Source of the DNA: Anaerohalosphaeraceae bacterium
GTDB taxonomy: Bacteria; Planctomycetota; Phycisphaerae; Sedimentisphaerales; Anaerohalosphaeraceae
Direction of reading: 5' to 3'
DNA: 26,727 nucleotides
Assembly: GCA_050309605.1 (NCBI GenBank)
Contig: JBNRMN010000043.1
Coordinates: forward strand, 1-26,727
Made by a program: the position numbers and the translations under genes. Below are positions 18,377 through 26,727 of this stretch, in pieces. How positions within the stretch are numbered: position 1 is the first letter of the stretch; the number at the start of each line of letters is the position of its first letter. Under the pieces are notes generated by a model. It was not told where the DNA came from and did not search any database. It worked only from the letters and a program-made list of their open reading frames with translations.

Positions 18377-20143
18377 TTAACGGTCTTCGGCAAACGTAAC
18401 GCGCAGGACTTCTTCGGGGGTGGTCAGGCCGGCCAGCATTCTTGAGACGCCGCTGGAAAACAAATCGCCCCAGCCTTTGGAGCGGGCGGCGCTGCGCATC
18501 TGCGATTCTCGGGCGCCGGCGGCGATGGCTTCGCGCATCTCGGAGTCCATCGGCAGAAATTCAAAGATGGGCAGCCGTCCTCGATAGCCGGTATTGCTGC
18601 AATGCGGACAGCCTGCGGCTTTATAGAGTTTGGCGCTGTCCAGTTGTTCGGGCGTCAAATGCAGCTGCTGCACCAGTTTTTCATCCGGCATCAGCGGCTG
18701 ACGGCATTTTTCACAGACCCGCCGCACCAGGCGCTGGGCAATCACCAGATTCAGCGTGGAGGCCAGCAGATATGGCTCAAGCCCCATATATACAAACCGG
18801 CTGATGGCGCTCGGCGCGTCGTTGGTGTGAAAGGTGCTGAGCACCAAATGACCGGTCAGCGAGGCCTTGATGGCGATTTCCATCGTTTCTTTGTCGCGGA
18901 TTTCGCCGATGAGAATGATGTCCGGGTCCTGTCGCAGAATTGACCGCAGACAGGAGGCAAAAGTCAGTCCGATGTCCGGTTTGACCTGGGTCTGGTTGAT
19001 GCCGCGCTGACGGTATTCGACCGGATCTTCCACGGTCGTGATATTTTTGCGAGGATCTTTCAGGGCGTTCAGCGCTGAATAGAGGGTGGTGCTTTTGCCG
19101 CTGCCGGTCGGGCCGGTCACAATGATGATCCCGTGCGGCTGTTTGAGTGTCTGGGTGAATCGTTCGAGCATCACCGACTCCATGCCGAGGCTCGAGAGGT
19201 CGTGATTGACGGCGGTTTTGTCCAGAATACGCATCACGATTTTCTCGCCGTAGATCGTCGGCAGCGACGAGACGCGCACGTCGATGTCGTCGCCGTCGCT
19301 GCGCCGGATTTTGAATCGTCCGTCCTGCGGCAGCCGGCGTTCGGTGATGTCCATTTTCGACAGTATCTTGATGCGCGCCAGCACCGCCGACTGCATTTTC
19401 CGCGGCGGCGGTACGATTTCGGTCAGAATGCCGTCCACCCGCATGCGGATGAGCATGTCTTTTTCCTGCGGCTCGATGTGAATGTCGCTGGCGCGGCTTT
19501 TGGTGGCGTGGCGCAGCATCAAATCCACGAATTGCAGCACCGGCGCGTCATCGGCGCCGATACACTCGTCAAGGTCTGCGTCAAGGGCGTCTTCCAGTGA
19601 ATGATCGTCAACGGACGCCAGCTCATTTTCGGTTTCCACCAGGTCATGCAGCTTGCGGACTTCGGCGTCGGTTCCGTGATAGACGAAGTCAATGGCCCGC
19701 TGAACGGCGGTTTCCGAGGCAATGGCTTTCAGGATCGGACGTTTGAGTTTGACCGAGACGGTGTCGATGGCCACCACATTCAGCGGATCGACCATAGCGA
19801 CCAGCATCTTCTCTTCCCGCTGACCGATCACAATCAATCCAAATCGTTTGGCGATATTTTCGGGAACACCGCGTGCCGCCTCCTTGTCAATGACGGACAA
19901 TTCATCCAGCTCAAGGTAATCGACTGAAAGGAACCCCGCCAAGGCCCGGGTCAATTGATGATCCGAGACGTACTTCATCTGTACGAGCGTCTGTCCCAGA
20001 CGCCGCCCCGTTCGTTTCTGTTCGCTCAGCGCAGACTGAAGCTGTTCATGGCTAATCAGACCTTCTTCGACAAGCCATTCTCCCAGAAGCAGGTGGTTGT
20101 GATCGACCTGTTTCGAGGCGCTTTGCAGTATATCGGTTCCCAT
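18377..20143 (-). CDS. pilB: Assembly ATPase PilB/GspE with an MshEN-type N-terminus
   Basis: AGGAGG RBS before ATG 20143; ASDIHIEP; GPTGSGKSTT; TVEDPVE; LRQDPDII; TGHLVLSTFH; CxxC..CxxC. Confidence 0.94.
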   Translation of the reverse strand: MGTDILQSASKQVDHNHLLLGEWLVEEGLISHEQLQSALSEQKRTGRRLGQTLVQMKYVSDHQLTRALAGFLSVDYLELDELSVIDKEAARGVPENIAKRFGLIVIGQREEKMLVAMVDPLNVVAIDTVSVKLKRPILKAIASETAVQRAIDFVYHGTDAEVRKLHDLVETENELASVDDHSLEDALDADLDECIGADDAPVLQFVDLMLRHATKSRASDIHIEPQEKDMLIRMRVDGILTEIVPPPRKMQSAVLARIKILSKMDITERRLPQDGRFKIRRSDGDDIDVRVSSLPTIYGEKIVMRILDKTAVNHDLSSLGMESVMLERFTQTLKQPHGIIIVTGPTGSGKSTTLYSALNALKDPRKNITTVEDPVEYRQRGINQTQVKPDIGLTFASCLRSILRQDPDIILIGEIRDKETMEIAIKASLTGHLVLSTFHTNDAPSAISRFVYMGLEPYLLASTLNLVIAQRLVRRVCEKCRQPLMPDEKLVQQLHLTPEQLDSAKLYKAAGCPHCSNTGYRGRLPIFEFLPMDSEMREAIAAGARESQMRSAARSKGWGDLFSSGVSRMLAGLTTPEEVLRVTFAEDR

Positions 20144-20210
20144 AGACCTCCTTGTGTTCCATCGTCGAAACGAATGCGGCATAATGCCCGCCGCTGGGCT
20201 TTTTCAACAA

Positions 20211-21500
20211 TTAGTCCATCTCGGCCGCGGTTGTTTTCGTCGCGGGCCGACCGGCGTATTTTTCTGCGACCGCGGCGATCTGCTCGATATCAATGGGCTT
20301 GCACAGAAAATCATCAAACAGGGTATCGATGCGTTCTTTCTCACCGGGGTCCAGCGTCAGCATCGACAGCGCCACAATCGGAGTCTTGATGCCCTTGTTC
20401 CGCAGCGTCTCGGTCGCCTGATAGCCGTTCATTCGCGGCATTTTCAGATCCATCACGATCAGGCTGTAGCGTTTGGCCAGCGCCATGTCAACGGCTTGCT
20501 GTCCGTCTTCTGCGGTATCAACGGAATAGCCTTTGGTTTTGAGCATCAGACGCAGTACCGTCCGGTTGGAGGCCTGATCTTCAACCACCAAAATCGGCGC
20601 AGGGCCGTCGTATTCGGCATCGGTCCGGTTCCCGTCAGGATGCTGCGATGCCGGCTGCGGTTGTGATTTCGGCGTCGGCGCGGCGCAATCAGCGCGATCG
20701 GCGCGGGCGGCCGGAATCATCAGCGAAAATGTGGAGCCTTTGCCTGGGCGGCTTTGAACGTCCAGGACGCCGCCCAGTAATTCGACAAGCTGGCGCGTCA
20801 GCGGCAGACCGGCCGTGACCGACAGTCCGCTGCTCATCATCGTGAACATTTCCGCGTGAACCTGCTCTTCGACCGTAGGCGGATCAAACAGCGTGGCCAA
20901 TTGCGCTTCATCAATTCCCTGTCCGCTGTCGGTGACGTCAAATCGCACAAACGCCTGGCCGTCCTTGGTTTCCGTTCGAACGGCGACGCGAATCAATCCG
21001 TCGGACGTATATTGAATGGCGTTATCGGCCAGATTGATCAGGCATTTCAAAAGCCGGTCGCCGTCGGTCAGAATCATATCCGGCAGCGGTTGTTCGGTAT
21101 GAACTTCAAAATCCAAGGCTTTATCTGTTGCGGCCGGACGCACCGCTTGATCCAGACGGCTCAGCAGCTCCGAAATGGAACAGGGCGTGCGAACCAACTG
21201 GAGACGCCCTGATTCGAGACGTGCCCAATCCAGTACCTCGTTCACCAAATCGGAAAGCTCTTTGCCGGCCTGGTTGATCTCTTCGGCGTACTCCCGATGA
21301 TCCGGCGGCAGTGATTCGGACAAAAGAAGGTCGCTGAATCCTATGATCGCATTTGACAGCGTTCGGATTTGATACGCCATATTGTCAATGAGCCGTCCCT
21401 TGGCCCGGAGTGCGGCCTGTTGCTGACGGATCATTTGACGCAGCAAGTCGATGGATTCCGGCGTTGATGAGCCGCTCAAAGACGCATTGAGATTATCCAT
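20211..21500 (-). CDS. Cytoplasmic hybrid histidine-kinase-like protein (degenerate HisKA, HATPase, receiver)
   Basis: NMAYQIRTLSNAIIGFSDLL (H-box with Tyr); NLADNAIQYT; DSGQGI; receiver VVED..MDLKMP..KP. Confidence 0.85.
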   Translation of the reverse strand: MDNLNASLSGSSTPESIDLLRQMIRQQQAALRAKGRLIDNMAYQIRTLSNAIIGFSDLLLSESLPPDHREYAEEINQAGKELSDLVNEVLDWARLESGRLQLVRTPCSISELLSRLDQAVRPAATDKALDFEVHTEQPLPDMILTDGDRLLKCLINLADNAIQYTSDGLIRVAVRTETKDGQAFVRFDVTDSGQGIDEAQLATLFDPPTVEEQVHAEMFTMMSSGLSVTAGLPLTRQLVELLGGVLDVQSRPGKGSTFSLMIPAARADRADCAAPTPKSQPQPASQHPDGNRTDAEYDGPAPILVVEDQASNRTVLRLMLKTKGYSVDTAEDGQQAVDMALAKRYSLIVMDLKMPRMNGYQATETLRNKGIKTPIVALSMLTLDPGEKERIDTLFDDFLCKPIDIEQIAAVAEKYAGRPATKTTAAEMD

Positions 21501-21717
21501 AATTTGTTTCCTTCATTAAGGTCTCTTTACTTGTTATTCCCTGATTCATATCCTCCACCGTATCCCGTCTTCAGTGTCGTCATAAATTCCTGTTCAATTA
21601 ACCCAAATTTGATTATCGCCCCTAAGTTTTGAGGGCATCCCTCGCAACTGATCGTATTCACGCAACAATAGGGCCGCCGACACAGTGCCAGAAGGTTCAC
21701 TGTCGGTCTGTCAATTC

Positions 21718-21730
21718 TGCCATTATGGCA
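21718..21730. promoter_or_regulatory. Palindrome, candidate activator (bEBP) site for dnaK
   Basis: TGCCA-TTA-TGGCA about 70 bp upstream of the -24 box; related half-sites at 21686 and 21701-21713. Confidence 0.5.
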
Positions 21731-21799
21731 CAAAGCCAACTCTTTGAATGAGTGATAACCTGTTTTTATGTAAGGGCTTACGGTGTTTCTATTGAGTTC

Positions 21800-21815
21800 T
21801 GGCACATCGTTTGCA
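21800..21815 (+). promoter_or_regulatory. sigma54 (-24/-12) promoter of dnaK
   Basis: TGGCAC-ATCGT-TTGCA, with GG-N10-GC spacing. Confidence 0.8.
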
Positions 21816-21875
21816 TAACTTAAACTGTATCCGTGTGTGAAAACGAGATCGTGAATTCAGATATAGGAGTCAAAA

Positions 21876-23804
21876 ATGGCAAAGATTATCGGCATTGACC
21901 TGGGCACGACAAACTCGGTTGTCTCAGTGATGGAAGGCTCTGCCCCGAAGGTGTTGATTAACGCCAGCGGGTCGCGTCTGACGCCGTCGGTGGTGGCCTT
22001 TACGGACAAGGGCGAACGTCTGGTCGGCCAGTCGGCCAAGCACCAGCAGGTAACCAACCCGGAAAATACCATCTATTCGATTAAGCGGTTTATGGGACGT
22101 CGCCATCGCGAGGTCAGCGCCGAGGAAAAGATCGTTCCCTATCAAGTCATCGGCAATCCCGACGAACTGGTCAAGGTCAGCGTGCGCGGCAAGGAATATA
22201 CGCCGCCGGAAATCTCGTCGATGATTTTGCAGGAATTGAAGAAAACCGCTGAGGACTATCTCGGTGAAAAGGTCGAACAGGCGGTCATTACCGTGCCGGC
22301 CTATTTTAATGATTCCCAACGTCAGGCCACCAAAGACGCCGGCCAGATCGCCGGCCTTAAGGTCGAACGCATCATCAACGAGCCGACCGCCGCGGCCCTG
22401 GCCTACGGACTGGAAAAGAAGAAAAACGAAAAGGTGGCCGTCTTTGACTTTGGCGGCGGGACATTCGATATCTCCATTCTTGACATCGGCGATAACGTCT
22501 TTGAAGTGCTCAGCACCAACGGCGATACGCATCTCGGCGGCGATGACCTGGATGAGGTGCTGATCAATTATCTGGCCGACGAGTTCAAGAAGACCGAAGG
22601 CATTGATCTGCGGAAAGACCCGATGGCCCATCAGCGTCTCAAAGAGGCCGCCGAAAAGGCCAAGTGCGAGCTGAGTACGCAAGTGGAAACGACGGTCAAT
22701 CTGCCGTTTATTACCGCCGATGCGTCCGGCCCCAAGCATTTGAATATTGCGATCACGCGCAGCAAGTTTGAAGCGCTCTGTGAAACGGTCTTTGAACGAC
22801 TCAAAGGGCCGTGTTACAAGGCGATTGAAGACGCCAAGCTCTCGGCCAAAGACATTGATGAAATCCTGCTGGTCGGCGGCTCAACCCGCATTCCGAAAGT
22901 CCAGCAGATTGTGCAGGACATCTTCGGCAAAGCGCCCAACAAAAGCCTCAACCCGGATGAGGTGGTGGCAATCGGCGCGGCCATTCAGGGGGCGGTCCTG
23001 GCCGGTGATGCGGGCGTCAAAGACATTCTGCTGCTGGACGTCACGCCGCTGTCGCTGGGCGTCGAAACACTGGGCGGCGTAATGACCCGGCTGATTGAAC
23101 GCAATACGACGATTCCAACCAGCAAAAAAGAAGTGTTCTCCACAGCCGCGGACAATCAGACCAGCGTGGAAATCCACGTTTTGCAGGGCGAGCGCGAATT
23201 TGCCCGCGACAACCGGACATTGGGACGGTTTCAATTGACCGATATTCCGCCGGCGCCGCGCGGCGTACCGCAGATTGAAGTCACCTTCGACATTGACGCC
23301 AACGGCATTCTGAACGTCTCGGCCAAGGACCTGGGGACCGGCAAGCAGCAATCCATCGTGATTCAGTCCAGTTCCGGCCTGAGCAAGGACGAGGTCGAAA
23401 AGATGGCCAAAGACGCCGAAGCCCATGCCGCGGAAGACAAAAAACGGCGTGAAGTCGTCGAGCTGAAGAATCAGGCCGATCAGTTGATTTATTCAACCGA
23501 AAAGACGCTCAAAGAACACGGCGATAAGGTCTCGGCCGATGTCCGCGGCAACATTGAAAACGCCTTGAATGGATTGAAAGAAGCGGCCAAAGGCGACGAC
23601 GGCGAGGCCATCAAGCGGGCAATGGAGCACCTGGGCCAAACCTCGCAGGAACTGGGCAAGGTGCTGTACGAAGAAGCGGCCAAGAAACAGGCCGCATCCG
23701 GCGACAAAACCGACACATCCGAACCGAAAGAAGAACCCGCAGAAGGCCAAGTCCGGCGCAAAGGCGGCGATGACGTCATCGATGCGGAGTTTGAAGCCAA
23801 ATAA
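21876..23804 (+). CDS. dnaK: Chaperone DnaK (Hsp70)
   Basis: [52 protein letters not shown]. Confidence 0.99.
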   Translation: MAKIIGIDLGTTNSVVSVMEGSAPKVLINASGSRLTPSVVAFTDKGERLVGQSAKHQQVTNPENTIYSIKRFMGRRHREVSAEEKIVPYQVIGNPDELVKVSVRGKEYTPPEISSMILQELKKTAEDYLGEKVEQAVITVPAYFNDSQRQATKDAGQIAGLKVERIINEPTAAALAYGLEKKKNEKVAVFDFGGGTFDISILDIGDNVFEVLSTNGDTHLGGDDLDEVLINYLADEFKKTEGIDLRKDPMAHQRLKEAAEKAKCELSTQVETTVNLPFITADASGPKHLNIAITRSKFEALCETVFERLKGPCYKAIEDAKLSAKDIDEILLVGGSTRIPKVQQIVQDIFGKAPNKSLNPDEVVAIGAAIQGAVLAGDAGVKDILLLDVTPLSLGVETLGGVMTRLIERNTTIPTSKKEVFSTAADNQTSVEIHVLQGEREFARDNRTLGRFQLTDIPPAPRGVPQIEVTFDIDANGILNVSAKDLGTGKQQSIVIQSSSGLSKDEVEKMAKDAEAHAAEDKKRREVVELKNQADQLIYSTEKTLKEHGDKVSADVRGNIENALNGLKEAAKGDDGEAIKRAMEHLGQTSQELGKVLYEEAAKKQAASGDKTDTSEPKEEPAEGQVRRKGGDDVIDAEFEAK

Positions 23805-23844
23805 GTATGAATCCGATTTACAGCACCCGCCTAAACGCGGCAGC

Positions 23845-23876
23845 AAAGGCCTCGAAACATATTTCGAGGCCTTTTT
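23845..23876 (+). terminator. dnaK intrinsic terminator
   Basis: AAAGGCCTCGAAA-CATA-TTTCGAGGCCTTTTT. Confidence 0.9.
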
Positions 23877-23913
23877 ATATGATGCATGATGCAGCAAAAA
23901 GAAGATTTTTTTA

Positions 23914-23981
23914 TTGACCTGAAGTTATAAATTGGATATAATTAGTGTGGAAAATTGGATATTGAAAGTCCACTGGACTTT
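23914..23981 (+). promoter_or_regulatory. sigma70 promoter + palindrome, copy A
   Basis: TTGACC-N17-TATAAT; AAAGTCCA-C-TGGACTTT at 23965-23981. Confidence 0.8.
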
Positions 23982-24160
23982 TGGCGTCTCTTCGTAAACC
24001 GCCAGTTTTTGAAGTCAAAGAACGCAAAGCCGGTGCCCCAAGCTGGGGTGCCGTCGGCGCGTCTTTGACAAGCTCTGGCGGGCTTACGAGGAGCGCGTTT
24101 GGCGGTGCACCTTAATATTCTTTTCAGGAGCGTTCCCGTCGGTGAAAACAGGGACGTTCC
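23949..24160 (+). ncRNA. Structured leader RNA, copy A (unknown family)
   Basis: Stems 23988-24005/24075-24093, 24014-21/24062-69 and 24032-40/24044-52; further hairpin ~24127-24160. Confidence 0.55.
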
Positions 24161-24237
24161 CTCTCAGGGCTGCGCGACAGGGCATTTGTATGAGAGGAGA
24201 AAATAATGGGCAACAATCAGAATCAGGAGAAAGTGAA

Positions 24238-24339
24238 ATGGAGACTGAAAGAGCGCTACGGAGTGGGGTGGTGATTTGGTTTGCAAAGAAGGACGAATAT
24301 ATCGTCTTTGATGAAAAGGCAAAAATGTATGAAAAATAA
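24238..24339 (+). CDS. Possible 33-aa peptide or gene remnant (METERALRSGVVIWFAKKDEYIVFDEKAKMYEK)
   Basis: AGGAG RBS; no recognisable domain. Confidence 0.25.
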   Translation: METERALRSGVVIWFAKKDEYIVFDEKAKMYEK

Positions 24340-24440
24340 TCGCAAAAATGAAAATTTAGCATCAATGTTTCCTGTGTCCGCGGCGTCATTATTGCGGGGA
24401 TTGCCCAAATCCGGCATTTTGAGAGGGCGAAAAGTGTTTG

Positions 24441-24507
24441 TTGACATATTATCGAGAAATCACTATGATATAAGATGAAAATTTAATATCGAAAGTCCAC
24501 TGGACTT
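24441..24507 (+). promoter_or_regulatory. sigma70 promoter + palindrome, copy B
   Basis: TTGACA-N17-TATGAT; AAGTCCA-C-TGGACTT at 24493-24507. Confidence 0.8.
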
Positions 24508-24697
24508 GACGCGTTCTGTCTGAAAAATACGCCACCTTGAAAAAGGAAAAAAGTGAACGCACGCAGCGGTGCAGTGCCCTAGAAAGGGCGCTGCTTCTGG
24601 TTGCGTTCACGACCCTTGGCGGGGTTTTCAGGCGGGCCATGAAGTTAGCGCCCGACAATTTTTGCACAGGGCAAAAGTGAGGGCGATAAGACACTTT
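24476..24697 (+). ncRNA. Structured leader RNA, copy B (unknown family)
   Basis: Stems 24515-34/24617-36, 24553-61/24602-10 and 24571-80/24585-94; further hairpin ~24649-24685. Confidence 0.55.
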
Positions 24698-24716
24698 TTT
24701 GACGGAGGTTACGAAA

Positions 24717-25340
24717 ATGAAAAAGCACAGGGTTGTAATTCTAATGTTGGTGTTTTTGCTGTATGGAGGGTTGATACAAGCAGAACTAATCACCATTCAG
24801 TTCAGTGGGCATGTCACATCTGCAAGCGGTTCTGCACTGCCTGCTGCAATTTCTGAAAGTACTACGTTTACCGGTTCTTACACCTATGATCCTGATACTC
24901 CCAATTCAAGCGGCTGGGGTGGTATGGGGCAGTATGTGCATAATTCGCCTTACGGCATAGAAATTTTGATGGGCGGAGTTGAATTCGCGACAGCAGCAAA
25001 CCACAGTGGTCAATTTGAAGTTAGAATTACAGATTCATTGGTTGCAAACTATGATTGGTACGATGTGATAAGCAATGCGAACAATTCTGTCAATGGAACA
25101 CCGATTGATTCTATTGTGTGGACGCTTGGCGGCCCCCCCTCAACAATCTCCTCGATTGCCCTGCCTGTTTCTGGAGCCGCTGTACTCGTTGAAACAGAGG
25201 ACTGGACCATTAATACCTTCACGATATCCGGTCAGAATCTGCTCATTCAAGGTACAGTAACACAGGCCGTTCTTATCCCGGAGCCGCTGACAGGCGCTTT
25301 GATAGCGATAGGTGCATTCTTTATTAAACGCAAGCGCTAA
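24717..25340 (+). CDS. PEP-CTERM sorting-domain surface protein
   Basis: GGAGG RBS; signal peptide ending IQA; C-terminal IPEP-TM-KRKR. Confidence 0.9.
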   Translation: MKKHRVVILMLVFLLYGGLIQAELITIQFSGHVTSASGSALPAAISESTTFTGSYTYDPDTPNSSGWGGMGQYVHNSPYGIEILMGGVEFATAANHSGQFEVRITDSLVANYDWYDVISNANNSVNGTPIDSIVWTLGGPPSTISSIALPVSGAAVLVETEDWTINTFTISGQNLLIQGTVTQAVLIPEPLTGALIAIGAFFIKRKR

Positions 25341-25452
25341 TTTCCCAAACAACGTTCCACGTTCCACTTTAAACGAGTGGCACCGGGATATAGTGTGCTC
25401 ATCGTGAGAAAACCTATTTCACTCCAAGTTGATTTCTGAAGAGGAGTTTATT

Positions 25453-26727
25453 ATGTGTAATGCAAATAAACCTTTGTTTATATCATTTTTCATCGTTTTT
25501 TTGATTGTCCTGCCGCTACTCACTTCTTCTGTAATTGCCGATCCGAATCCGCTCGTTCTTAACCAGCATCCTGAGGGTATGTCGCTGCATTCTTTTATGT
25601 CAGAAAATGAAGGCGGCGAACAAATTCAAATGACCCTCAGTTTCGATCCTAATGCCTATAATTTTTTGGTCTATGACTGTGGCACCGGAGAAATACAAGT
25701 CGCTATGGATAAACTTGGTCTTTCTTATGTAGTCAGAAACAGAAATAATGCGGTTACCGCACAGGATTTGATTGATTACGATATTTTGATTGTGGGATGG
25801 AAAACAGACACTGACGGAACGGACGGCCTTGATCCTGCGATTATTGAGCAGGGCATTATCGGCCGCGTTATCCTGACCGGTCATGATACGGATTGGCATA
25901 CGGCTGCGAACCGCGAGGAACAACCCCATGCAGAAAGGTTTCTGTCGCAATGTATCGGCTATATTCTGGACGGCGGCAGTACCGGCCTGTTGGCGCATGG
26001 CCAGCCTGTCAGTGGGTTTGATTGGCTTCCGGAAAGCTGGGGAGTAGAAGTTGTTGATGGATTGGCTTTGGAAACAATTACGGGATTCACTTCGGAAGGA
26101 ATTGACAGCGGCATCTTTGACGGCTTAACAAAAGAGCAAATGTCAAACTGGTACAATTCTTTTCATAATGCTTTTCTCGAGTGGAGTGATGAGTTCGTAC
26201 CTTTTCAATATGGTTGGGTAAATGATGCTAACGAAGTCATCACCATCGCCCGACCGAACATGTATGGGTTAAAAGTGATTAAAACGGATAATCGCGATCC
26301 GAATCTTGTGCCGTGTGTATCACTCGACGATGAGATCACTTATACCATTTACTACAACCGATTGCTGGAATCGGTGACGGATTTGGAAGATGTGGTGCTG
26401 GTGGATATGCTTCCGCCGGGGGTTACGTACTTGTACGAAGTGGTTGACGGACAGCCGGTTTATCCCGATTCGCTGATTGACCCGAATGACATCGGCGACT
26501 GGCTAAACGATCCTGATATAAACTGGCCGCAGCTTACGGCGCCATACGGCTACTATGATCAGACCACGCATACCGTAACATGGTATGTGGATGAGATTCT
26601 GCCGGGCGATAACGGAAGCGTGTCGTTTGTCGTGCAAGTCAACGACAAGTCCGAACCGAGCGGGAAATTGATTAACATTGCCGAGTTACGGGACGAGTCA
26701 GGCATTTTGGCAAGGGTACGCATCGAA
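25453..26727 (+). CDS. Large secreted/surface protein with a DUF11-type domain; 5' part only, open to the window end and absent from the ORF track
   Basis: GAGGAG RBS; MCNANKPLFISFFIVFLIVLPLLTSSVIA signal peptide; 425 codons with no stop; KTDN..DDEITYTIYYN..DVVLVDMLPPGVTY..VTWYV..SFVVQV..NIAEL. Confidence 0.88.
   Translation, partial: MCNANKPLFISFFIVFLIVLPLLTSSVIADPNPLVLNQHPEGMSLHSFMSENEGGEQIQMTLSFDPNAYNFLVYDCGTGEIQVAMDKLGLSYVVRNRNNAVTAQDLIDYDILIVGWKTDTDGTDGLDPAIIEQGIIGRVILTGHDTDWHTAANREEQPHAERFLSQCIGYILDGGSTGLLAHGQPVSGFDWLPESWGVEVVDGLALETITGFTSEGIDSGIFDGLTKEQMSNWYNSFHNAFLEWSDEFVPFQYGWVNDANEVITIARPNMYGLKVIKTDNRDPNLVPCVSLDDEITYTIYYNRLLESVTDLEDVVLVDMLPPGVTYLYEVVDGQPVYPDSLIDPNDIGDWLNDPDINWPQLTAPYGYYDQTTHTVTWYVDEILPGDNGSVSFVVQVNDKSEPSGKLINIAELRDESGILARVRIE

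Noticed and set aside
18085..18393. 102-aa ORF in the pilB-pilC spacer
   Set aside because: It crosses homopolymer and palindromic tracts and shows no domain signal.
21500..21875. CIRCE element before dnaK
   Set aside because: TTAGCACTC-N9-GAGTGCTAA is not present.
24020..24060. ACGCAAAGCC (and GCACAGGGCAAA at 24664) as a c-di-GMP-I riboswitch
   Set aside because: The GGCAAAC-stem-GAAA-stem-GGGACGCAAAGC order and the tetraloop receptor are missing; the two fragments lie in different units.
23984..24690. Long hairpins as integron attC sites or CRISPR repeats
   Set aside because: No paired RYYYAAC/GTTRRRY ends, no integrase or cas genes, only two units, and each follows its own promoter.

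Overview
Bacterial chromosomal window, most consistent with Planctomycetota (Phycisphaerae/Sedimentisphaerales-like; inferred from gene content, a PEP-CTERM protein and DPN motifs, not from a search). From left to right it holds: a ~250-bp nested inverted-repeat/structured element at the left edge; an SBP-PAS-PAS histidine kinase (-); a candidate ECF-driven sRNA; a double-HTH gene; a DUF481-type beta-barrel; a stand-alone ABC-type ATPase coupled to a small helical protein; a PocR-AraC regulator; and a ferritin/rubrerythrin-like protein. Next is a ~13-kb minus-strand type IV pilus/T2SS-like cluster: His->Tyr pseudo-histidine kinase, pilB, pilC, major pilin, three minor pilins, pilMNO, an embedded ParA with an overlapping bitopic partner, and a secretin. 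A monocistronic dnaK follows, with a sigma54 promoter. The right end is more AT-rich and carries two homologous promoter + palindrome + structured-leader units, then a PEP-CTERM protein and a large secreted DUF11-type protein running off the window. The most notable unexplained signals are the duplicated structured leader (23914-24697), the left-edge element (1-251) and the pseudokinase/ParA module inside the pilus operon. All calls were made by eye; no searches or folding programs were run.
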